In this document: one piece after another, positions 16,871-26,838 of the stretch
How the letters are laid out: each line of letters opens with the position of its first letter
Position numbering within the stretch: position 1 is the stretch's first letter
NCBI GenBank assembly: GCA_046734675.1
Contig: JBKPRU010000234.1
Location: 1 to 38,095, forward strand
Length of the DNA: 38,095 bases
Direction of reading: 5' to 3'
From: Acidobacteriota bacterium
GTDB lineage: Bacteria > Acidobacteriota > Vicinamibacteria > Vicinamibacterales > 2-12-FULL-66-21
The notes under the pieces: generated by a model
Seen by the model: the letters and a program-made list of their open reading frames with translations, nothing else
Told to the model about the DNA's origin: nothing
Database searches by the model: none
Made by a program: the position numbers and the translations under genes

Positions 16871-18529
16871 CTACTCAATCATCGCACCATTGTTCGTGCC
16901 GAGCATCAGGTCGCGGTGCAGCCACAGCGGCACGGTGCCGTTCCCGAGCAAGCGGTCGTGAAACTCGCGCAGCGTGAACTTGGCGCCCATCGCCGCCTTG
17001 TAGTCCTCGCGCAGCTTGACGACCATCAGCTTGCCGGCCGAGTAGAGGACGTAGGAGGGATCAAAGGTGCCGCGCTCGGCCTCGCGCCGCGCCGCCGCTT
17101 CCTCGAGGAACGCCTCGTCGCGGAAAAAGCGCACGCCCTGTTCGACCGAGAGATCTTCACAGTGGAGCCGTAGGCCCACGACGAAGCGGCACAAACGGAT
17201 CAGCGCTTCGGCGAGCTGGCCGAGCCGGATGGCCGGATCGTTACGACGGAAGCCCGCCTCGACCATCATCTGCTCGCAGTAGTGCGCCCAGCCTTCGACC
17301 ATCGCGGCAGACGAGAAGAGGATGGACTTGCGCAACGTCGAGGTCACCTGGCGCAGGTGCTGGTAGTGGAGGAAGTGGCCGGGGTAGACCTCGTGAATCG
17401 AGATCGCCCACAGCGCGCCGTAATTGAAGTCTCGGAGGTGCTCTTCCTGCCGTTCCGCGGGCCATGCGGGATCGACGTCCGTGATGTAGTAATACGCGCG
17501 CAGCGGCCGGCTCTCGAACGGCCCCGGCGTCCACATGCTCGCAAACGTCCAGCGATAGAAGCGTGGCGTCGCCGCAACCTGGACGCGCGCCGCGTCGGGC
17601 ATCGCGACGAGATCCTGGCGCTGAATGAACGTGGCGAGCTCGTCGAGCTGCTGTTGCGCGGTGGCGACGACCTGGCCGGCCGCCGGATGTTCCGCCTTCG
17701 CCCGCGTCCAGGCGCCGAGCGGATCCTTGGAGTCGAGTTTCGACGCGGCGCGCCGGAACTCCTCCTGCGTCGCGCTCAATTCACGCAGCGCAATCGCGAG
17801 CAGCCGATCGACGTCGAGCGTGATCCCCTCGTCGAGCGCAAGCTTCTGCTGCAGTCGCTGGCGCCCCAGGCGAAACGATCCCCGCGCTTTCGGCGCCAGC
17901 TCGTTCTCCAGATACGCGATGTAGCCGCTGAGCGCCTGTGACGCTTCCGTCGAGGCGTCCGCCAGGTCGCTGAGCAGGTGCAGGTCATCGAGGCTCGAGA
18001 GGGCCCGCGGCAGATCGTCTTCGATGAAGCGCTGCGTGCCGCGCAGGCTTTCGAGGCCGACTTTGACGAAAATGCCGGGCGCATCCTTGATATTGTCGCG
18101 CGCCGCCTGGATCAATCGCGGCACCTGGTGCAGCTTGGAAACGACGCGGCGGGCGCGCTCGGGGAGCGGCGCGTAATCGAACAGCGCCTGGCCGGCCAGG
18201 CTCGTCGCAATCAGGTCGCCGTAGTGCTGCGGGCTGCGCTCCCAGGTCCTGACCTCCTCGAGCTCGAAGAGGCGGGCGCGGATGCTCGCCTCGAGCGCGG
18301 GGCGCTCGAGCCGTTCGATCGCGGTGAGCCGGGCCGGGTCGATGGCGGCAAGACGGCGGGAAAAACCGCCCAGCGTGCGGATCTGCCCATCAATGGCCGC
18401 GCGGCTCAGGTCCTCCAGCAGATCGTCGTGAAGGTGGACGCCGTCGAACGTTGCATTGGTCGGATGGACCTCGTGGAGCCACGCAAGGTACTCGTCGACG
18501 AAGTGAGGTAACGGTTCGGCGGAATACAT
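16871..18529 (-). CDS. DUF885 family protein (zincin-like), no signal peptide
   Basis: HEVYPGHFLH, VEGWAHYCE and YSAGK motifs. Start set at MYSAEP because the longer ORF overlaps rsmI. Confidence 0.88.
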   Translation of the reverse strand: MYSAEPLPHFVDEYLAWLHEVHPTNATFDGVHLHDDLLEDLSRAAIDGQIRTLGGFSRRLAAIDPARLTAIERLERPALEASIRARLFELEEVRTWERSPQHYGDLIATSLAGQALFDYAPLPERARRVVSKLHQVPRLIQAARDNIKDAPGIFVKVGLESLRGTQRFIEDDLPRALSSLDDLHLLSDLADASTEASQALSGYIAYLENELAPKARGSFRLGRQRLQQKLALDEGITLDVDRLLAIALRELSATQEEFRRAASKLDSKDPLGAWTRAKAEHPAAGQVVATAQQQLDELATFIQRQDLVAMPDAARVQVAATPRFYRWTFASMWTPGPFESRPLRAYYYITDVDPAWPAERQEEHLRDFNYGALWAISIHEVYPGHFLHYQHLRQVTSTLRKSILFSSAAMVEGWAHYCEQMMVEAGFRRNDPAIRLGQLAEALIRLCRFVVGLRLHCEDLSVEQGVRFFRDEAFLEEAAARREAERGTFDPSYVLYSAGKLMVVKLREDYKAAMGAKFTLREFHDRLLGNGTVPLWLHRDLMLGTNNGAMIE

Positions 18530-18553
18530 TCTGGTACAATCTTCGCCCCGCGC

Positions 18554-19396
18554 ATGCCCGGCATCCTGTACGTGGTCGCCACTCCCATCGGCAACCTCGA
18601 AGATGTCACCTTGCGGGCCCTCCGGATCCTGCGCGACGTCTCCCTCATCGCTGCCGAGGACACCCGCCGGACCGGCCGGCTTCTTCAACACTACTCGATC
18701 TCAACCCGCACGACGAGCCTGCACGAGCACAACGAACGCGAGAAAGGACCGCGGCTCGTGCAGCGCCTGCTCGATGGCGATTCGATCGCGCTCGTGTCCG
18801 ATGCGGGCACTCCGCTCATCTCGGATCCCGGCGGAGCGCTCGTCGCCGCAGCGCGGGCAGCCGGCGTGCGTATCGAAAGCATTCCGGGAGCGAGCGCGGT
18901 CATGACGGCGCTCGCGGCGTCGGGTTTCGACACGTCCGAGTTCACGTTTCTTGGGTTTCCCCCGACTAGGTCGAAAGACCGTAAGGCGTGGCTGGCCGGC
19001 GTTGTCTGCGAGCCGCGCCTTGTAGTCTTCTTCGAAGCGCCGCACCGGATCGGCTCCACGTTGGAGGAGTTGCTGCGGGTCGGCGGTGATAGAACGGTAG
19101 GCATCGGGCGCGAACTGACCAAAGCTCACGGGGAATTGGTTATTTGCCAGATTTCTGAGGCGCTGCGCCGCTTTTCGGAGCCTCGCGGGGAGTTTACTGT
19201 GCTGCTCCCGCCAGCCCCCCCGGTCGCTGCGGACGTAGCCGCAGCTCCCAGCGCGGAGCAACTGTCGGCTGAATTAGGTGAATTGACCTCCACCGGTGTC
19301 GGCTCCAAGCGCCAGGCGCTGAAGCTGCTGGCCGATCGACACCGCCTGACCGTCAACGCGCTCTACCGAATCCTGCAGCAAGAAGCGCCTGACTAG
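18554..19396 (+). CDS. rsmI: 16S rRNA (cytidine1402-2'-O)-methyltransferase
   Basis: LYVVATPIGNLEDVTLRA, AAEDTR, LVSDAGTPLISDPG, FFEAPHR, RELTK. Confidence 0.96.
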   Translation: MPGILYVVATPIGNLEDVTLRALRILRDVSLIAAEDTRRTGRLLQHYSISTRTTSLHEHNEREKGPRLVQRLLDGDSIALVSDAGTPLISDPGGALVAAARAAGVRIESIPGASAVMTALAASGFDTSEFTFLGFPPTRSKDRKAWLAGVVCEPRLVVFFEAPHRIGSTLEELLRVGGDRTVGIGRELTKAHGELVICQISEALRRFSEPRGEFTVLLPPAPPVAADVAAAPSAEQLSAELGELTSTGVGSKRQALKLLADRHRLTVNALYRILQQEAPD

Positions 19397-19433
19397 GTCG
19401 AACAACATAAGGCGCTAGTGCTTTTTCACGATC

Positions 19434-19462
19434 TTGACCGGTGGCAGGCGATTTGTTACTGT
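19434..19462 (+). promoter_or_regulatory. Sigma70-type promoter TTGACC-N17-TACTGT upstream of the TPR gene
   Basis: 17-nt spacing with a TG extension, about 27 nt before the ATG. Confidence 0.5.
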
Positions 19463-19489
19463 CCCCGGCTGGCCCCACGGGGTGCCCAC

Positions 19490-20239
19490 ATGCCGATGGC
19501 GAAATCGCGCCGAGCCACCTCCGCTCGGACACCCGCTCGTAAAGCCGCCCGTAAGGGCAGCGACCTCAGGAAGCGCCGCCCGCTCAAGCGCGCCAAGCGG
19601 GAGACCCGCTCGACCGCGGGTGCGCGTACCGGTGGAAATCGGGCAATCGCCACCGCCAACGAGACGGCCCCCGCCCCGCCGCCGCCGAAGCCGACCTACC
19701 ACGACGCCGTGGCCATGTACGAGCGGGGTCTTCAGGCCCTCCAGCGGCGGGACTTCGCCGCGTCGGCCGCTGCGCTTCGCAATGTGATCGAACGCTATCC
19801 GGATGAACGCGAGCTGCTCGAGCGGGCGCGCCTCTATCTGAAGGTCTGCGAGCGCGAGATGGAGCCGAAGGAGCCGCCTGCGCCAAAGACCGCGGACGAA
19901 TGGGTTTACGCCGCCACCGTGTCGCTCAATGCGGATGACGAAGCCGCGGCGGTCGACCATCTCCGGCGCGCGCTGGACACCGATCCGCGCCACGCCAATG
20001 CGCATTACATGATGGCGGTCGCCAGCATGCGCCGCAGCGATTCCGCGACCGCGCTCGAGCACCTGCAGCAGGCAATCGCCCTTAATCCGGACAACCGGTC
20101 ACTCGCCCGGCAGGACCCGGACTTCGATGCGCTGCGCGAGCAGCCCGGTTTCCGCGCCGCGCTGGACGCCGCGGCCGCCGCCGACGCCGAATCCGCCGGC
20201 AAGATCGTCGCGATCCGACCGCACAAGCCGCGTCACTGA
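19490..20239 (+). CDS. TPR protein with basic, histone-like N-terminal extension
   Basis: Arg/Lys/Ala-rich N-terminus, a Pro linker, then TPR helices and a C-terminal LQQAIALNPDNRSLARQDPDFDALR. An alternative ATG is at 19496. Confidence 0.8.
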   Translation: MPMAKSRRATSARTPARKAARKGSDLRKRRPLKRAKRETRSTAGARTGGNRAIATANETAPAPPPPKPTYHDAVAMYERGLQALQRRDFAASAAALRNVIERYPDERELLERARLYLKVCEREMEPKEPPAPKTADEWVYAATVSLNADDEAAAVDHLRRALDTDPRHANAHYMMAVASMRRSDSATALEHLQQAIALNPDNRSLARQDPDFDALREQPGFRAALDAAAAADAESAGKIVAIRPHKPRH

Positions 20240-20309
20240 CGCGCCTGGGTCTCCTCTTCTTCCCTGACTGGGCCGTTCCGGCCCGCGCTGTGCAGTCACT
20301 CAGACCGAC

Positions 20310-21689
20310 ATGTCCGACGTCCACGTCGTGATCCTCGCGGCCGGCAAAGGCACGCGCATGAAATCCTCGCAGCCGAAGGTGCTGCACCGCGCGGCCGGTT
20401 TGCCACTTATCGAGCATGTATTGCGCGTCGCTGACACGGTTTCTCCCCACACCACCGTGGTGGTCGTCGGCCACATGGCGGATTTGGTGAAGGATGCGTT
20501 GCGGAAACGGCTGGGCCTGCGCTTTGCATTGCAGGCGCCGCAGCTCGGCACGGGGCACGCACTCCTGCAAACGGAGTCGGCGCTCGCTGGCGCGCGCGGC
20601 ACGGTGGTCATGTTGTCCGGCGACGTGCCGCTTCTACGTCCCGAGACGCTGCGCGCGCTCGTTACCGCGCACGATGAGCGGCGCGCGGCAGCGACAGTGC
20701 TGACGGCGCGCGTCGATCGCCCGCATGGCTACGGACGCATCGTCCGCAAGGACGGCGCGATCGCCGCCATCGTCGAAGAGAAGGATGCGACGCCGGCAGA
20801 GCGCGCGATTGACGAAATCAACAGCGGGATCTACGCGTTCGATCTCGCGCCGCTCTTCGACGCGCTGCGGACGATCGGATCCGCGAACGCGCAGGGCGAG
20901 TACTACCTGCCGGATCTCGTGCGCATCTACCGCGCGCGCGGCCTGGCCGTCGAAACCGTCTCCCTCGACGACCCGCGGGAGATTCTCGGTGTGAACAGCC
21001 GGAAGGAGCTCGCGGACGTGACCGCCATCCTGAACACCAACCGCACCACCGAACTGATGGCCGCGGGCGTCACGATCGTCGATCCCGCAAGCGCGTGGAT
21101 CGGCCCCGACGTCGAAGTCGGCCCGGACACGATCCTGCATCCCAACGTTTACCTCGAAGGGCGCACGCGCATCGGCGCGCACTGCGAGATTCACTCCGGC
21201 GTGCGCATCGTCGACTCCACCGTCGAAGACGGGGTCGTCATCAACAACTTCTGCGTGATTCTGGAGTCGGCGGTGCGCACGGGCGCGAAGGTCGGTCCGT
21301 TCGCGCACATCCGCCCGCAGTCGGAGGTCGGCGAAGAGGCGCACATCGGCAACTTCGTCGAACTGAAGAAGACGAACTTCGGCCGGGGATCGAAGGCGAG
21401 CCATCTCTCGTATCTCGGCGACGCCACGATCGGCGAGAAGGTGAACATCGGCGCCGGCACGATCACGTGCAACTACGACGGCACGCATAAGCACCCCACC
21501 ACGATCGAGGACGGCGCGTTCATCGGCAGCGACTCACAGCTGGTCGCCCCCGTCCGCGTTGGCAAGGGCGCTTACGTGGCGGCCGGATCCTCCATCGTCG
21601 AGGACGTGCCCGCCGGCGCCCTTGGGATCGCACGCGGCCGCCAGGTGAACAAAGAGGGCTGGGTCGAGAAGAACAAGAAGAAGGCGTAA
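20310..21689 (+). CDS. glmU: Bifunctional UDP-GlcNAc diphosphorylase/glucosamine-1-phosphate N-acetyltransferase
   Basis: VILAAGKGTRMKS, QLGTGHA, GEYYLPD, hexapeptide repeats, GAGTITCNYDG. Confidence 0.97.
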   Translation: MSDVHVVILAAGKGTRMKSSQPKVLHRAAGLPLIEHVLRVADTVSPHTTVVVVGHMADLVKDALRKRLGLRFALQAPQLGTGHALLQTESALAGARGTVVMLSGDVPLLRPETLRALVTAHDERRAAATVLTARVDRPHGYGRIVRKDGAIAAIVEEKDATPAERAIDEINSGIYAFDLAPLFDALRTIGSANAQGEYYLPDLVRIYRARGLAVETVSLDDPREILGVNSRKELADVTAILNTNRTTELMAAGVTIVDPASAWIGPDVEVGPDTILHPNVYLEGRTRIGAHCEIHSGVRIVDSTVEDGVVINNFCVILESAVRTGAKVGPFAHIRPQSEVGEEAHIGNFVELKKTNFGRGSKASHLSYLGDATIGEKVNIGAGTITCNYDGTHKHPTTIEDGAFIGSDSQLVAPVRVGKGAYVAAGSSIVEDVPAGALGIARGRQVNKEGWVEKNKKKA

Positions 21690-21701
21690 GCGGGGGGCGA
21701 C

Positions 21702-23546
21702 ATGTGCGGCATCATCGGCTACATCGGCGGTAAACAGGTTCTCCCGATCCTCATCGACGGACTGCGCCGCCTCGAGTACCGCGGCTACGACTCCGCCGGC
21801 GTCGCGGTCGTTCGCGACGGGACGATCGAGCTGCGGCGCAGCGCCGGCAAGCTCGCCCGCCTCGAGGAAGCGATCGCCGTCAGCCCGCTCGACGGCGAGT
21901 ACGGCATCGGCCATACCCGCTGGGCGACGCACGGGCGTCCCACAGAGGAGAACGCGCATCCGCACCGCGACTGCAGCGGGCGCGTCGTCGTCGTCCACAA
22001 CGGCATCATCGAGAACTATCTCGATCTGAAGCACCAGCTCCAGAGCGAAGGCCACGCCTTCATCACCGAGACAGACACCGAGATCGTCGCGCATCTCGTC
22101 GAGCGCGAGATGAGAGACGACGGACTCGAGAACGCGGTGCGCCGCGCGCTCCTTTACATGCGCGGGCTGTTCGCGCTGGTGCTGATCTCGGCCGACGATC
22201 CAAACAAGATCGTCACCGTCCGCAATGGTCCGCCGATCGTCGTGGGGCTTGGCGAGAGCGAGTTCTTCGTCGCCTCGGACATTCCGGCGATCCTCGCGCA
22301 CACCCGCGACGTCGTGTTCCTCGGCGACGAGGAGATGGCGGTCATCACGCCGCACGGCGTCGAGTTCACGGACTACTCAGGACGCGCCGTGTCGAAGAAG
22401 AGCACCCGGGTGTCGTGGGATCCGGTCATGGCGGAGAAGGCCGGATACAAGCACTTCATGCTCAAGGAGATCTTCGAGCAGCCGATGGCCGTGAAGGAAA
22501 CGGTCCTCGGGCGCGCGTCGGTCGAGTCCGGGCGTGTCTTCCTGCACGAGATCCAGATTCCGGACGAGACGCTGCGCGCGGTCGAGCGCGTCGTCATCCT
22601 CGCCTGCGGCACGTCGTGGCACTCCGGGCTGGTGGCCAAGTTCCTGTTCGAAACGCTCGCGCGCGTGCCGGTCGATGTCGACTACGGATCGGAGTATCGC
22701 TACCGCGATCCCATCGTCTCGAAGAACACGCTGACGGTCGTCATCACGCAGTCGGGGGAAACGGCGGACACGCTCGCGGCCCTGCGCGAAGCGAAGAAGA
22801 AGGGATCGCACAGCATTGCGATCTGCAACGTCGTCGGCAGCATGGCGACGCGGGAAACCGACGGCACGGTCTACACGCACGCGGGTCCAGAGATAGGCGT
22901 CGCCTCCACGAAGGCGTTCACGTCACAGCTCGTCGCGCTCCACCTGCTGGCGATGTATCTCGGACAGATTCGCGGCACGCTCAGCCCCGATCAGGCGCGT
23001 CCGCACCTGGAGTCGCTCACGCAGCTGCCCTTCCTTCTCGAGCAGACGCTCAAGTGCGAGCCGCTCACGGAGGAGATCGCGCGCCGGTTCTACCAGCGCA
23101 GCGACTTCCTGTATCTCGGCCGCGGGATCAACTATCCGATCGCGCTCGAAGGCGCATTGAAGCTGAAGGAGATCTCGTACATTCACGCCGAAGGCTATCC
23201 CGCCGGCGAGATGAAGCACGGCCCGATCGCGCTGATCGACGAGCGCATGCCCGTCGTCACCATCGCGCCGCACGATCACGTGTTCGAGAAGATGGTCGGC
23301 AACATCCAGGAAGCCAAGGCTCGCGGCGGGTCTGTCGTCGCATTGACGACTGAGGGGAACGGATCGATTCAGCGGCTGCTCGATCCGTCCCAGGATTTCC
23401 TGATCACCGTTCCCGAGTCACATCCGCTGCTGACGCCGGTCCTGATGGTGGTGCCGCTGCAGTTGCTTGCGTATCACATCGCGATTCGCCGCGGCTGCGA
23501 CGTCGATCAACCGCGCAACCTCGCCAAGAGCGTCACCGTTGAATAG
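21702..23546 (+). CDS. glmS: Glutamine--fructose-6-phosphate transaminase
   Basis: [47 protein letters not shown]. Confidence 0.98.
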   Translation: MCGIIGYIGGKQVLPILIDGLRRLEYRGYDSAGVAVVRDGTIELRRSAGKLARLEEAIAVSPLDGEYGIGHTRWATHGRPTEENAHPHRDCSGRVVVVHNGIIENYLDLKHQLQSEGHAFITETDTEIVAHLVEREMRDDGLENAVRRALLYMRGLFALVLISADDPNKIVTVRNGPPIVVGLGESEFFVASDIPAILAHTRDVVFLGDEEMAVITPHGVEFTDYSGRAVSKKSTRVSWDPVMAEKAGYKHFMLKEIFEQPMAVKETVLGRASVESGRVFLHEIQIPDETLRAVERVVILACGTSWHSGLVAKFLFETLARVPVDVDYGSEYRYRDPIVSKNTLTVVITQSGETADTLAALREAKKKGSHSIAICNVVGSMATRETDGTVYTHAGPEIGVASTKAFTSQLVALHLLAMYLGQIRGTLSPDQARPHLESLTQLPFLLEQTLKCEPLTEEIARRFYQRSDFLYLGRGINYPIALEGALKLKEISYIHAEGYPAGEMKHGPIALIDERMPVVTIAPHDHVFEKMVGNIQEAKARGGSVVALTTEGNGSIQRLLDPSQDFLITVPESHPLLTPVLMVVPLQLLAYHIAIRRGCDVDQPRNLAKSVTVE

Positions 23547-23547
23547 T

Positions 23548-23646
23548 CCAGCGGCTTCGCCCCGCCGGACCCCTACACGCTCGCTCGCGGGGGCCCTGGC
23601 CCCTCTCCGCTCGCGTGGCTCACTCGCTGCGCTCGTTCGCTGTGCG
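23548..23646. repeat. About 100-bp GC-rich intergenic REP-like element between convergent genes
   Basis: GCTTCGCCCC...(GCTC)n runs with a central GGGGCC-CT-GGCCCC hairpin. Single copy in the window, so its repeat status is inferred. Confidence 0.45.
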
Positions 23647-24330
23647 TTAGAACTTCCAGCGCACGCGCCCTTCGACGCGCGCGTGATCGAGCGCGTCGCC
23701 GCTCGTGAAGACGTGCTGATAGCGCACGCGGCCGCCGAGCGCAAGGTGTTCGGCCAACGCGTACTCGAATCCGCCTCCGGCGCCGAGCACGAGCGCCGTG
23801 TCTGACGACGACACGTTACGCTCGATTTCGGTGAAGGTGATCTCGAAGGGCGCCCCAGTCAGCAGATTCGAAAAGGACGGGAACTCCGGCGTGAGCGTCT
23901 TGATGTGCGCATCGCGGTGTACGTCCGCGACGCCGCCGCCGGCTTCCACGATCGCGCTCAGGCGCGAGCCGCGCGCGCCGAGCACACCCACGACATTCGT
24001 CTGCAGCGTCAGCAACCGCGACTTCAGGGTGATCTCGGGCGTGGGAAAGACCGTGATGCCGGTGGGACCGGTGATCGACGGGAGGTCCGCGATCTGCAGG
24101 TCAGGTGGTTGAAGGACCGCCGGTGACCAGGCAAGCTCGACCTCGAAGCCTAAGCTGCGAGGCGTCATGTAGCCGAAGCCAAGGCTCACCGACGCCGTGG
24201 CTTGCTCGCCAAAGAGACCGCCGCCCGCCCCCGCGATGTACGGACCCTCAGATGACGACTGCGCGAAGGCGGAACCGCGGGCGATTACGAGGACGAGGCA
24301 ACAGAGCAGGACGAGGGTTCGTTTGCGCAT
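23647..24330 (-). CDS. Outer membrane beta-barrel protein (OmpA/porin-like, small barrel)
   Basis: Signal peptide ending in SAFA, alternating aromatic/Gly beta-strands, C-terminal RVEGRVRWKF (terminal Phe) and SD GAGGTG. Confidence 0.8.
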   Translation of the reverse strand: MRKRTLVLLCCLVLVIARGSAFAQSSSEGPYIAGAGGGLFGEQATASVSLGFGYMTPRSLGFEVELAWSPAVLQPPDLQIADLPSITGPTGITVFPTPEITLKSRLLTLQTNVVGVLGARGSRLSAIVEAGGGVADVHRDAHIKTLTPEFPSFSNLLTGAPFEITFTEIERNVSSSDTALVLGAGGGFEYALAEHLALGGRVRYQHVFTSGDALDHARVEGRVRWKF

Positions 24331-24384
24331 CGCGCACCTCTGCACACAGCGTTCGAGCGCCAATGATACCTCTACCGTTCGGAC

Positions 24385-24413
24385 TTGACGTTGTACTATT
24401 GTAGTAGTACATT
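24385..24413 (+). promoter_or_regulatory. Promoter TTGACG-N17-TACATT with YtrA-type operator TGTACTA-N6-TAGTACA (24392-24411)
   Basis: A perfect 7-6-7 inverted repeat spans the spacer and -10 box. The GTG start is 7 nt after the -10 box. Confidence 0.8.
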
Positions 24414-24420
24414 AGGCGTC

Positions 24421-24807
24421 GTGACGCTGGTGTTGAGCCTGGACTCGGCGGATCGAACGCCCATCCACGCGCAGGTCGAACGCGGCATCCGCGCCGCCAT
24501 CGCGTCGGGGCGGCTGCCCGTCGGGGATCAGCTGCCAACGGTGCGGCAGCTCGCGGTCGACCTTCGGGTGAACGCGAACACCATCGCCAAGGTCTACGCG
24601 CACCTCGAGCGCGAGGGTGTGCTCGAAACGCGGCGCGGCATCGGCACGTTCGTCGCCGCCCGCACGCCGGCCGGGCGCGATCAGGCGCTCCGGCGGACGG
24701 AGCTGCACCGCATCGTGGATCGGTTTCTCGCCGAGCTCTCGTCGCACGGCTTCCGCGTCGAAGACGCGCTGCCGGAGATCGAGGCGCGGCGCCAACAAGG
24801 AGCGTGA
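24421..24807 (+). CDS. GntR family regulator, YtrA subfamily
   Basis: PIHAQVERGIRAAIASGRLPVGDQLPTVRQLAVDLRVNANTIAKVYAHLEREGVLETRRGIGTFV, with a short C-terminal domain. Confidence 0.92.
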   Translation: MTLVLSLDSADRTPIHAQVERGIRAAIASGRLPVGDQLPTVRQLAVDLRVNANTIAKVYAHLEREGVLETRRGIGTFVAARTPAGRDQALRRTELHRIVDRFLAELSSHGFRVEDALPEIEARRQQGA

Positions 24808-24810
24808 GCC

Positions 24811-25761
24811 GTGGGCGTTGTGATGCTGCCGTTGAATCGGAAACGCGGGGAGGAAGACGTCTCGGGCGGCGGGCCGCGCGTCAACGTCGTGGCGGCGGTC
24901 ATGCTGCTGCTGCCCCTCGTCCTTGGCATCGCCGCGTCGGTGGCGGTGGGAAATCCCCTGCCGGCGATTGCCGGCGTCGCGATCGGGCTCGTGCTGATGC
25001 AAGCGCCGCGGGTGGCGAAGCAGTGGGAACGCGGCATCGTGCTGCGGCTCGGACGCTACGTCGGACTGCGCGGCCCGGGACTCTTCTGGGTCGTACCGCT
25101 CGTCGACTCGGTCGCGCGCTGGATTGATCAACGCGTCATCACGACGAGCTTCGCCGCGGAGCAGACGCTGACGTCGGACACGGTGCCAGTGAACGTCGAC
25201 GCCGTCCTGTTCTGGCTCGTGTACGATCCGGAGAAAGCCGCGCTCGAAGTGCAGGAGTACCAGCAGGCGGTGAGCTGGGCCGCGCAGACGGCGCTCCGCG
25301 ACATCATCGGCCGCACGTCACTCGTCGATCTGCTCAAGGGGCGCGAGCGGATTGAAGAGGAGCTCCAGCGGCTGATCGATCAGCGATCGAACCCGTGGGG
25401 CGTCACCGTGCAGTCGGTCGAGATGCGCGACGTGGTCATCCCCGAGTCGCTGCAGGACGCGATGTCACGCGAGGCGCAGGCGGCGCGCGAAAAGCAGGCG
25501 CGCATCATCCTCGGGCAGGCGGAAGTCGAGATCGCGCACTTGTTCGACAAGGCCGCCCAGTCGTACCGCGACAACCCGACCGCGCTGCACCTGCGCGCGA
25601 TGAACATGCTCTACGAAGGACTGAAGGAGAAAGGCGCGTTGATGCTCGTCCCGAGCACCGCGGTCGAATCGATGGGGATGGGAGGACTGCTCGGCGCGGC
25701 GGCAATGCGCCAGCAAGCACTCGCGGACTCGTCCACGCAGCCGGGGCAGCCGAAGGGCTGA
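24811..25761 (+). CDS. SPFH/stomatin-like (slipin) membrane protein
   Basis: TM hairpin, QWERGIVLRLGRY...GPGLF, AQTALRDIIG, WGVTVQSVEMRDV, AMSREAQAAREKQAR, PTALHLR. Confidence 0.92.
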   Translation: MGVVMLPLNRKRGEEDVSGGGPRVNVVAAVMLLLPLVLGIAASVAVGNPLPAIAGVAIGLVLMQAPRVAKQWERGIVLRLGRYVGLRGPGLFWVVPLVDSVARWIDQRVITTSFAAEQTLTSDTVPVNVDAVLFWLVYDPEKAALEVQEYQQAVSWAAQTALRDIIGRTSLVDLLKGRERIEEELQRLIDQRSNPWGVTVQSVEMRDVVIPESLQDAMSREAQAAREKQARIILGQAEVEIAHLFDKAAQSYRDNPTALHLRAMNMLYEGLKEKGALMLVPSTAVESMGMGGLLGAAAMRQQALADSSTQPGQPKG

Positions 25762-25767
25762 CGCCGG

Positions 25768-26823
25768 TTACCGTTCGATCCGCGACACGATCGCGCGTGC
25801 GAGCGCGCTGCAGGACGCGGGGCCACCCAGGTCCCGCGTCAACTCTCCGCCGGCGGTCACCTCCGCGACCGCCGATTCAATCAGCGACGCCTCCTGTTCC
25901 AGCTTCAACGCATGCCGCAGCAGCATCGCGGCTGAAAGCACCGCGCCGATCGGATTGGCGATATCGCGTCCTGCGATGTCGGGAGCGGAACCATGCACTG
26001 GCTCGAACAAGCCTGGTCCGTCGCCGAGACTCGCCGAGGGCAGCAGCCCCAGCGATCCAACGACCGCGCCCGCTTCGTCCGACAGGATGTCGCCGAACAT
26101 GTTTTCGGTCACGATGACATCGAACGACGCGGGGGCAAGCGTGATGCGCATCGCGCACGAATCGACGAGCATGTGTTCGAGCTTGACGTCCGGAAACTCC
26201 GACGCGACTTCACCAACCACGGTGCGCCACAGGCGTGACGTCTCGAGCACGTTCATCTTGTCGACGGAGGTTACGCGTTTGTGACGCCCGCGCGCAGCGG
26301 TAAACGCGACGCGCGTGATGCGTGCGATCTCTTCGCGCGAGTAGCGCATCGTGTTCCACGCGGACGCGCCGTCCGGCGCGATGCCCCGCGGTTCGCCGTA
26401 GTACAAGCCGCCGGTCAGCTCACGGACGACCAGCATGTCGGTGCGCCCGAGCACTTCCGGTTTCAGCGGACCGGCGCCTTCGAGGCCCGGCCACACCCGC
26501 GCCGGACGCAGGTTCGCATAGAGCCCTAGCTGCTGCCGCAGTTGCAGCAGCGCGGATTCAGGCCGTTGTCCGGGAGGACGGTTGTCGAACTCCGGGGCGC
26601 CGACGGCGCCAAGCAGGATTGCGTCCGCGGCCTTGCACGCGGCCAGCGTCTGGGGAGGAAGCGGCGGCAGGTCCTGGCGGATCGCCGCGCCGCCAATCGC
26701 GAACGTCTCGAAATCGAAATGGTGATCGAAGCGGTGGGCGGCCGCAGCGAGCGCGGCCTGCGCTGCCGCGGTGACTTCAGGCCCGATGCCGTCACCTGGC
26801 AGCAGAACGATACGACTGTGCAC
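25768..26823 (-). CDS. leuB: 3-isopropylmalate dehydrogenase
   Basis: LPGDGIGPEV, LYANLRP, VRELTGGLYYG, NMFGDILSDEA, EPVHGSAPDIAG. Confidence 0.96.
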   Translation of the reverse strand: MHSRIVLLPGDGIGPEVTAAAQAALAAAAHRFDHHFDFETFAIGGAAIRQDLPPLPPQTLAACKAADAILLGAVGAPEFDNRPPGQRPESALLQLRQQLGLYANLRPARVWPGLEGAGPLKPEVLGRTDMLVVRELTGGLYYGEPRGIAPDGASAWNTMRYSREEIARITRVAFTAARGRHKRVTSVDKMNVLETSRLWRTVVGEVASEFPDVKLEHMLVDSCAMRITLAPASFDVIVTENMFGDILSDEAGAVVGSLGLLPSASLGDGPGLFEPVHGSAPDIAGRDIANPIGAVLSAAMLLRHALKLEQEASLIESAVAEVTAGGELTRDLGGPASCSALARAIVSRIER

Positions 26824-26838
26824 CGGTGATCAGTCTAC

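Noticed and set aside
21690-21701. glmS ribozyme
   Set aside because: Only 12 nt separate glmU and glmS.
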